A stretch of 19,473 nucleotides of DNA from a bacterium (GTDB taxonomy: Bacteria; Patescibacteriota; Minisyncoccia; Minisyncoccales; MHMH01), in NCBI GenBank assembly GCA_030648815.1, contig JAUSHA010000029.1:1-19473 (forward strand), in the 5' to 3' direction. The notes under the pieces were generated by a model. That model saw only the letters and a program-made list of their open reading frames with translations, did not search any database and was not told the DNA's origin. This document shows, piece after piece, positions 14,413 through 19,473 of the stretch. Both the position numbers and the translations under genes were made by a program. The stretch's first letter is position 1. Each line of letters begins with the position of its first letter.

Positions 14413-15537
14413 CTATTTTCTGAATACCCCAAAGAACTTTTCGCTTTCTCGCGGGTCTTTAATGGCATCCACCATCGCTGTCATTTCGCCATCGATCAGC
14501 TTTTGACCATCTAATGCTTTACCTAAGCCGACGAGGATATTACCAAAGTTTGGGCTATTGTCGACTTCCGGCTTATCGTGACAGAACCTAGCGATTGTCA
14601 TTATCATGCCGGGACCAGACCGCTCAGCTCGTCGGATCATTCTGTCCCACGCATCGAGATTAAGTTCGGTAAAATGCTCTACGAATAATCGCATCCTCTG
14701 AAGATAAAGATCGTAGAAAGCAGGCCTTCCGTCCTGATAGTAGTAACTGCAACGGCTTACCATGCCCGCCGCTCCGATAATCTTTTCATGAAGGCGAGGA
14801 GAACGCTTTAGTGGTGCCCAGTGCCAAGCCTCGTAAATACTCATTGATTCGGAAAGCGGGAAATCAGAAGAACAATCATCGTACTCTTTGTTTTCCCAGA
14901 CTCGCACTATCTTGTGATTGAAATAATGACGGCTGATATCGCTCGGCTCAATAGCTGAAACTTTCCGGTTCCAGGGCTGAGGATATATGACGCGGATTAA
15001 TTTTTTGCCATCCTCTTCTACTTCTTCCCACTTGTCCTTATTTGTTTCAAAGTATTGCTTGACCCGCTCACCTTGTAACCAAAGGCCGTCAAAAATCTCT
15101 GGATAGAAGTATAGATAACCGGCTTCAGTATCCCACCTCTTAGCCTTCATTGTGATATCTGCTATGCCGGAGTCATCCCCGTTTCTTTGGATGAACGAAA
15201 ACTGAACCCTAGTACCATCAATGATGTCATAATAAGTGACGGCACCGCACAGTTCACACTTGTGTCCATGGGATTGGATGCCACACACATCAATCAAGCC
15301 ATTACAAGATGCACATTTCCCCCGACGCACATCAATATGAGCGAACCAAAGCGACCAGCCATTCTTCTCCATGGTCTCCACGCTAACGCCGTCCTTCTTT
15401 CGATAATCAGCCTCACGTAGATTGTCGATTTGGTAACCGACCCTACGGAGCTCGTCGAAGAGACTCTCGAGAGCAGATTGACTTTTTACGTACAGATCAC
15501 CACAGATTTCAACCACGTCTTTTATTTTTTCCAACAT
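14413..15537 (-). CDS. Hypothetical protein: Trp-rich, contains a CxxC...HxH..CxxC zinc ribbon, no recognisable family
   Basis: Strong RBS AAAGGAGAGAA precedes ATG 15537 (MLEKIKDVVEICGDLY...), 374 aa. The track's longer ORF starts at 15675 without an RBS. It contains CASCNGLIDVCGIQSHGHKCELCG and about 11 Trp. It appears more GC-rich than its neighbours (~50% against ~40% by eye sampling). Confidence 0.55.
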   Translation of the reverse strand: MLEKIKDVVEICGDLYVKSQSALESLFDELRRVGYQIDNLREADYRKKDGVSVETMEKNGWSLWFAHIDVRRGKCASCNGLIDVCGIQSHGHKCELCGAVTYYDIIDGTRVQFSFIQRNGDDSGIADITMKAKRWDTEAGYLYFYPEIFDGLWLQGERVKQYFETNKDKWEEVEEDGKKLIRVIYPQPWNRKVSAIEPSDISRHYFNHKIVRVWENKEYDDCSSDFPLSESMSIYEAWHWAPLKRSPRLHEKIIGAAGMVSRCSYYYQDGRPAFYDLYLQRMRLFVEHFTELNLDAWDRMIRRAERSGPGMIMTIARFCHDKPEVDNSPNFGNILVGLGKALDGQKLIDGEMTAMVDAIKDPRESEKFFGVFRK

Positions 15538-15574
15538 TTCTCTCCTTTCTATTTTTACGACTTCCGAGATATCG

Positions 15575-15582
15575 CCCCCCCC
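15575..15582 (-). repeat. Homopolymeric C8 (G8 on the coding strand) tract in the 5' leader/promoter region of the orphan gene
   Basis: atcgCCCCCCCCtac lies ~40 nt upstream of the RBS/start at 15537. Confidence 0.5.
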
Positions 15583-15732
15583 TACTTGTTTTGAATATAT
15601 ATAAAGGCTTTTCAAAAGCCATATTTTTAAAAATTCTAGTAACAGAATACTACTACATAATATGGTATTTATCAATCCCCCAATTAAAATCGCCCTTTTG
15701 GCGATTCTCTATCTAATAATACTACGCGCCTG

Positions 15733-15759
15733 ACGGAGCGTTTAATGTAAACGCTCCGT
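15733..15759 (+). other. Perfect 12-bp hairpin (ACGGAGCGTTTA-atg-TAAACGCTCCGT) followed by a T-rich run on the plus strand; unassigned terminator or structured RNA element
   Basis: Perfect inverted repeat with a 3-nt loop, followed by ttattttaaaa. No plus-strand gene lies upstream. Confidence 0.4.
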
Positions 15760-15766
15760 TTATTTT

Positions 15767-15799
15767 AAAATTGAGGGGAGTTCGACTCCCCTCAATTTA
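15767..15799. terminator. Terminator of the macAB-hypothetical-cupin operon
   Basis: aaaaTTGAGGGGAGttcgaCTCCCCTCAAttt: a 10-bp stem with a 5-nt loop, immediately after the cupin TAA (15797-15799), with T-runs on both strands. Confidence 0.7.
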
Positions 15800-16192
15800 C
15801 TCGGTGGTTTTGCCGTTAAAATGCTCGTTGTCCGCCTCGGCTTCCTCTTTAGTGGAGTGAACCACTCCATCGCGATGATTTGGAGGAGAATACACCGTGT
15901 AGATCTTCATCTCTTTATCGGGAGAAGTATTGATAATATTATGTTTTGTTTCTGCCGGAATAATCACTGCGGAACCGTCTTCAAGCTGATGCTCTACTCC
16001 ATTGAGAACAGCCTTTCCTTCGCCCTGCTCAATGCGGATAAACTGATCAAGATCATGCACCTCCTCTCCGATATCTTCGCCCGGTTTTAAGGACATTATC
16101 ACCAGCTGGCTGTATCTTGCGGTGTAAAGCACTTTGCGGAACTTGCTGTTTTCTTTTGACGCTTTTTCAATATTTGCGACGTAGCCTTTCAT
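15797..16192 (-). CDS. Cupin-domain (cupin_2-like) small protein
   Basis: 131 aa. G-x5-H-x-H-x(3-4)-E-like HDLDQFIRIEQGEG followed by G...G....IP....H..N, characteristic of the cupin barrel. Confidence 0.65.
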   Translation of the reverse strand: MKGYVANIEKASKENSKFRKVLYTARYSQLVIMSLKPGEDIGEEVHDLDQFIRIEQGEGKAVLNGVEHQLEDGSAVIIPAETKHNIINTSPDKEMKIYTVYSPPNHRDGVVHSTKEEAEADNEHFNGKTTE

Positions 16193-16226
16193 ATATTTTA
16201 CGAATGATTAAGTTAATTATATTATT

Positions 16227-16913
16227 TTAATTCCGACCGTTTAAAATTTTAATCAAATATTCTCTAAATTTTATCTGCTCTTCAATGCTGTTATCAACCT
16301 CTATAGCAATAGTATCTCCGAAAACCCAATTTGGCAAAGTGGTTAAGTAGTCAAAATCTTTCAAATCGGTGATTACATGCAAATCGCGCTGCGTTTCCGG
16401 AGAATAACCGCCCAGGTGGTTAGTGGCAAATTTTATTTTATTCTTCCTCATAAAAATATAGTAAGCCTCTTCGCTTCCCCTGGCAATAGCCGATTTAAAA
16501 TGGGCCAAATCAACGCAAAATCCGCCGATTCTCCCAACCTTAACATTCTTATCAATCTCGCCGTTGTAATCCATTTCCAGATATAACTTATTCCAGTATC
16601 CCTCCCATTGATTTAACAGATTGAAATGGTCTTCGTGGATATTAAAATACTTGGTCTGAAAATTATCAATAAAAAATTGGATCTCGTCCTTGCCGGTATC
16701 GGATCTCAAATGGACCAGGGGCACTCTTTTAATTGATGACTCCAGAAGAAAACGGCGCAAGTTATCCCTCTCTTGTTTATTGAAGCGCTCCAAAAAAACG
16801 GCCGCCTCTTTAATTCCCAGACGATTTACTTCTTTTAACTTGGACTGCCAATCAATATTCTCCCCTCCGGTAATTCCCGGATAAATTCTTTTCGAAAAAT
16901 CTATTTTGCTCAT
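16227..16913 (-). CDS. Hypothetical protein (228 aa), last-but-one gene of the macAB operon
   Basis: Long ORF, co-directional and closely spaced with the permease (23-nt gap) and the cupin. I recognise no motif confidently (it contains HLRSD, NHLGGY). Confidence 0.5.
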   Translation of the reverse strand: MSKIDFSKRIYPGITGGENIDWQSKLKEVNRLGIKEAAVFLERFNKQERDNLRRFLLESSIKRVPLVHLRSDTGKDEIQFFIDNFQTKYFNIHEDHFNLLNQWEGYWNKLYLEMDYNGEIDKNVKVGRIGGFCVDLAHFKSAIARGSEEAYYIFMRKNKIKFATNHLGGYSPETQRDLHVITDLKDFDYLTTLPNWVFGDTIAIEVDNSIEEQIKFREYLIKILNGRN

Positions 16914-16935
16914 TTTAATTTATTCTACCAGAATA

Positions 16936-18174
16936 TTATTCATATCTCAACGACTCTATCGGATTTTTTGAAGATGCCTTCCTGGCCGGATAAAGACCGA
17001 AAATTAATCCGACGGCGGCAGAAATGATTAACCCCAGAAGCGCGGCTTTTACGGGAAAAACAAACGCCCAGCTTAAAGCGAGCGCCTTGCTCAAAATTAA
17101 GGAAATGCCGAAAGAAAATAAGGCCCCGAGCAATATCCCAATAATTCCGCCGAGCATTGTCAGCAAAGCCGCCTCAAAAAGAAACTGCCTTAAAATATCT
17201 TTAGCGGTGGCGCCTACCGCCTTCCTAAGGCCGATCTCTCTCGTTCTTTCTGTTACGGAAACCAGCATGATATTCATAATACCGATGCCACCGACTAAAA
17301 GGGAAATCGCGGCGATTGAAGCCAAGAACAAAGTCAGAACGCTGGTAATGGTGCCCACCATATCAATAGCGCTGGCTTGGGTCTCTATAAAAAAATCGTC
17401 TTTGGCGGGATCGGTAATGCCGTGGGAATTCCTAAGTGTTATTCTTATATCCTCAACGGTCTGAAGAACGCTGTCTTCGGAATCAGCTTCAACGGTAAAA
17501 CGATTAAAATATTTTATCCCGAAAATATATCTTTGGGCGGTGGTGTAAGGCAAAACGGCGATCTCATCAAAATTAAAAAATGAGGACTGCCCCTTATGGG
17601 GAAGAATTCCGATAACCCTGAAATTTCTTCCTTTTATCCTTACTTTTTGATTTAAGGCGTCGCTGTCCGGAAAAAGTTCGTTTTTAACTTTGAAACCGAT
17701 GATAACGACATCGGCATAGCTTTTGATTTCTTCTTCGGTAAAAATTCTGCCCTTATCGGGATAAGTGTCGTAAATTTCAGCAAAAAGATCGGTGCCGCCT
17801 ATGATCGTAGGCCTGTAGGTATCGGCCTGGTAAGCCATAACTTCGCTGCCAAAAACTATGGGCATAATTTTTGCCAGATGAGGAACGTTTTCTTTTTTCC
17901 GGAGAACCGCTAAATCTTTTTCTTTCAAAGAATCGGAAAACATGGAGATAAAGTCAGTGGGGCCTTCGGGTTGTCTGCCCGGAGCTACCGCAATAACCTT
18001 GGAACCGATACTCCTGATCTCTCCTAAAATTAAATTCTGCGCCCCTTGCCCTAAGGCGGTGACCATTATAATCGCGGTAATGCCGATGACGATTCCCAGG
18101 ATAGTAAGCAAAGAACGCGATCTTTGCATCTTTAAGCCGGTTATAGCGGTTTTTAAAGTATTTTTGGCGTTCAT
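16936..18174 (-). CDS. ABC transporter permease, MacB/FtsX family (periplasmic MacB-like domain plus a C-terminal FtsX four-helix bundle)
   Basis: N-terminal TM helix ([18 protein letters not shown]), a ~200-aa periplasmic region and a C-terminal FtsX-like TM region ([31 protein letters not shown]). The likely start is ATG 18174 (MNAKNTL), 1 nt after the ATPase TAA. Confidence 0.85.
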   Translation of the reverse strand: MNAKNTLKTAITGLKMQRSRSLLTILGIVIGITAIIMVTALGQGAQNLILGEIRSIGSKVIAVAPGRQPEGPTDFISMFSDSLKEKDLAVLRKKENVPHLAKIMPIVFGSEVMAYQADTYRPTIIGGTDLFAEIYDTYPDKGRIFTEEEIKSYADVVIIGFKVKNELFPDSDALNQKVRIKGRNFRVIGILPHKGQSSFFNFDEIAVLPYTTAQRYIFGIKYFNRFTVEADSEDSVLQTVEDIRITLRNSHGITDPAKDDFFIETQASAIDMVGTITSVLTLFLASIAAISLLVGGIGIMNIMLVSVTERTREIGLRKAVGATAKDILRQFLFEAALLTMLGGIIGILLGALFSFGISLILSKALALSWAFVFPVKAALLGLIISAAVGLIFGLYPARKASSKNPIESLRYE

Positions 18175-18175
18175 A

Positions 18176-18904
18176 TTATTTGATAAAACCGTTGAAGCGG
18201 CGATTAGACACTCGGTTATCGCTCTCAATTTGGCCGTCAAGCAAACGGATAATTCTTTGGGCGTATTCGGCGGTAAATGTTTCGTGCGTTATTAAAATTA
18301 CGGTATTGCCTTCGTTGTTGAGCTTTTGCAATGTCTGCATAACTATTTCACCGGACTTTGAATCAAGGTTGCCCGTCGGCTCATCGGCAAAGATAATAGA
18401 CGGATTATTAACAATAGCCCTGGCTATGGCCGCTCTTTGCTGCTCTCCTCCGGAAAGTTGGGAAGGTTCGTGGCTGAAAGTTTCTTCCGGCAGATTCACC
18501 GCCGCCAAGGCGCGTCTGGCCATGGCATCCTGTTCCTTTTCCGCGATGCCGGCATATTTTAACGGCAATTTTACATTTTCCAAAAGAGCCGTCCGCCTCA
18601 AAAGATTGAAACTCTGGAAAACAAATCCCATTTTTTTATTTCTGATTCCGGCCAGCTCTTCATCGTTGAATTCTTCCATTTTTTTTCCTTCAAAATAATA
18701 ATCTCCGGATGTTGGTTTGTCGAGAAATCCCAGGATATGCAGGAGAGTTGATTTGCCCGATCCCGATGGCCCCATAATGGCTAAAAACTCGCCGGCTTCC
18801 ACATCAAAAGAAACCCCGCCTAAAGCCGAGGTTTCTGTAAAATTTCCGTCATAAATTTTAGACAAATTCTTTGCCCTGATTAAGGGAAAAATATTTTCGC
18901 TCAT
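18176..18904 (-). CDS. ABC transporter ATP-binding protein (MacB/LolD-type)
   Basis: Walker [11 protein letters not shown]-loop, ABC signature LSGGEQQR and Walker B IIFADEPT. The start ATG overlaps the adaptor stop as ATGA. Confidence 0.9.
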   Translation of the reverse strand: MSENIFPLIRAKNLSKIYDGNFTETSALGGVSFDVEAGEFLAIMGPSGSGKSTLLHILGFLDKPTSGDYYFEGKKMEEFNDEELAGIRNKKMGFVFQSFNLLRRTALLENVKLPLKYAGIAEKEQDAMARRALAAVNLPEETFSHEPSQLSGGEQQRAAIARAIVNNPSIIFADEPTGNLDSKSGEIVMQTLQKLNNEGNTVILITHETFTAEYAQRIIRLLDGQIESDNRVSNRRFNGFIK

Positions 18905-19473
18905 TTCTCTTTGATGAAAGTAATTACTTTATCTCCTTCGTTAAGACCCTGTAAAATTTCAGCATTGCCATCGGTCCCCTTAAGACCTATTTTTACCTCT
19001 ATTTCTTGGATATCTTTTCCTTTAATAATTTTTACCGTCTTCTTTCCGTTATCAGACAGTATGGCTCTTTGGGGTATGGCTATGACATCTTTAACTTCGG
19101 CGGTAAAAATATCAATATTGGCGGTCATGCCGGATTTTAAGCGATCGTCTTTCTCGTTAAAATATAAAGTAACTTTATAGGTCGGTACGCCCTCGATGAC
19201 AGTTTCGGCCGGATCTATTTTTAATACCTTGACCTGGAATACGACATCTTGGCCGTAAGCGTCCAGAGTAACCTGCGCATTATCGCCAATTTTAACTTTT
19301 GCAATGTCAGACTCCGGAATGTTCGCTTCTATTTCAAAATTTCCGGCGGAAATTATTGAAACTAAAGAAACATCAGCGGAAATAATTTCTCCGACTTTCG
19401 CATCCTGACCGGTAATTGTGCCGTTAATCGGCGAACGGATGATTGTTTTTGAAATCTGCGCCTGATAATTTTT
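18901..19473 (-). CDS. HlyD/MacA-family periplasmic adaptor (membrane-fusion protein), C-terminal part; the N-terminus lies beyond the window end
   Basis: Hand translation of the minus strand from 19473 gives KNYQAQISKTIIRSPINGTITGQDAKVGEIISADV...VKIGDNAQVTLDAYGQDVVFQVKVLKIDPAETVIEGVPTYKVTLYFNEKDDRLKSGMTANIDIF...FIKEK*. RSPxxG and the beta-barrel/MP-domain pattern are typical of HlyD-family adaptors. The track's 75-aa ORF is only its tail. Confidence 0.8.
   Translation of the reverse strand, partial: KNYQAQISKTIIRSPINGTITGQDAKVGEIISADVSLVSIISAGNFEIEANIPESDIAKVKIGDNAQVTLDAYGQDVVFQVKVLKIDPAETVIEGVPTYKVTLYFNEKDDRLKSGMTANIDIFTAEVKDVIAIPQRAILSDNGKKTVKIIKGKDIQEIEVKIGLKGTDGNAEILQGLNEGDKVITFIKEK

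Noticed and set aside
15538-15675. N-terminal 46-aa extension of the orphan ORF (MINTILCSSILLLEF...) that would give it a signal-peptide-like start
   Set aside because: The start is a non-ATG codon with no RBS. The internal ATG at 15537 has a near-perfect AAAGGAGAGAA RBS, and the extension overlaps the AT-rich, poly-C-containing leader.
15767-15799. tRNA-like T-arm (GAGTTCGACTCC resembles the GGTTCGAATCC T-loop region)
   Set aside because: The flanking sequence pairs directly as one long hairpin (aaaattgaggggag/ctcccctcaatttt). That leaves no room for D or anticodon arms, and there is no CCA-compatible acceptor stem. It is a terminator hairpin.
18175-18240. Longer permease start ([16 protein letters not shown]...) overlapping the ATPase gene by 65 nt
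   Set aside because: ATG 18174, 1 nt after the ATPase stop, gives the standard short cytoplasmic N-terminus before TM1. The extension would be translated from within the ATPase coding sequence.
1-19473. Alternative genetic code (UGA=Gly, code 25, as in some candidate-phyla bacteria), considered because of AT-richness and the TGA between phosphatase and kinase
   Set aside because: TGA terminates the phosphatase exactly where its fold ends, and also terminates the adaptor with a canonical ATGA overlap. Long ORFs contain no internal TGA. The standard bacterial code explains all genes.

Overview
The window is a gene-dense bacterial region of roughly 40-45% GC (by eye). Nearly all genes lie on the minus strand, have strong GGAGG-type ribosome-binding sites, and are tightly packed with 1-4 nt stop/start overlaps. 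Reading from high to low coordinates on the minus strand: (1) a MacA/HlyD adaptor (cut by the window edge), MacB-type ABC ATPase and FtsX/MacB permease operon, followed by a 228-aa hypothetical protein and a cupin; (2) a compositionally odd, tryptophan-rich orphan gene with a zinc ribbon and a poly-G tract in its leader; (3) the GTPase YchF; (4) a REP/RAYT unit, consisting of a HuH tyrosine transposase flanked by, and interrupted in-frame by, copies of a 27-nt palindromic REP; (5) an alpha/beta hydrolase, HI0933 flavoprotein and LeuA/CimA synthase operon; (6) the locus I consider most interesting: a 2.5-kb plus-strand gene encoding an ~828-aa protein that aligns by eye with eukaryotic major vault protein (MVP) along its length. 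It is transcribed divergently from a six-gene minus-strand operon encoding an HExxH metallopeptidase, a vWA protein, a zinc-ribbon-FHA protein, a PPP-like phosphatase, a Hanks Ser/Thr kinase and a second vWA protein. That operon is a variant of the TerY-P (vWA/phosphatase/kinase) signalling module plus FHA; (7) the start of a glutamine-dependent NAD+ synthetase (nadE), cut by the window edge. I found no rRNA, tRNA or CRISPR. TGA, TAA and TAG all act as stops, so the standard bacterial code applies. I propose the MVP homologue with its adjacent vWA/FHA/kinase/phosphatase/peptidase operon as a candidate undescribed bacterial vault-like system. All domain calls rest on motif recognition by eye and on recalled reference sequences, and need profile searches to confirm.
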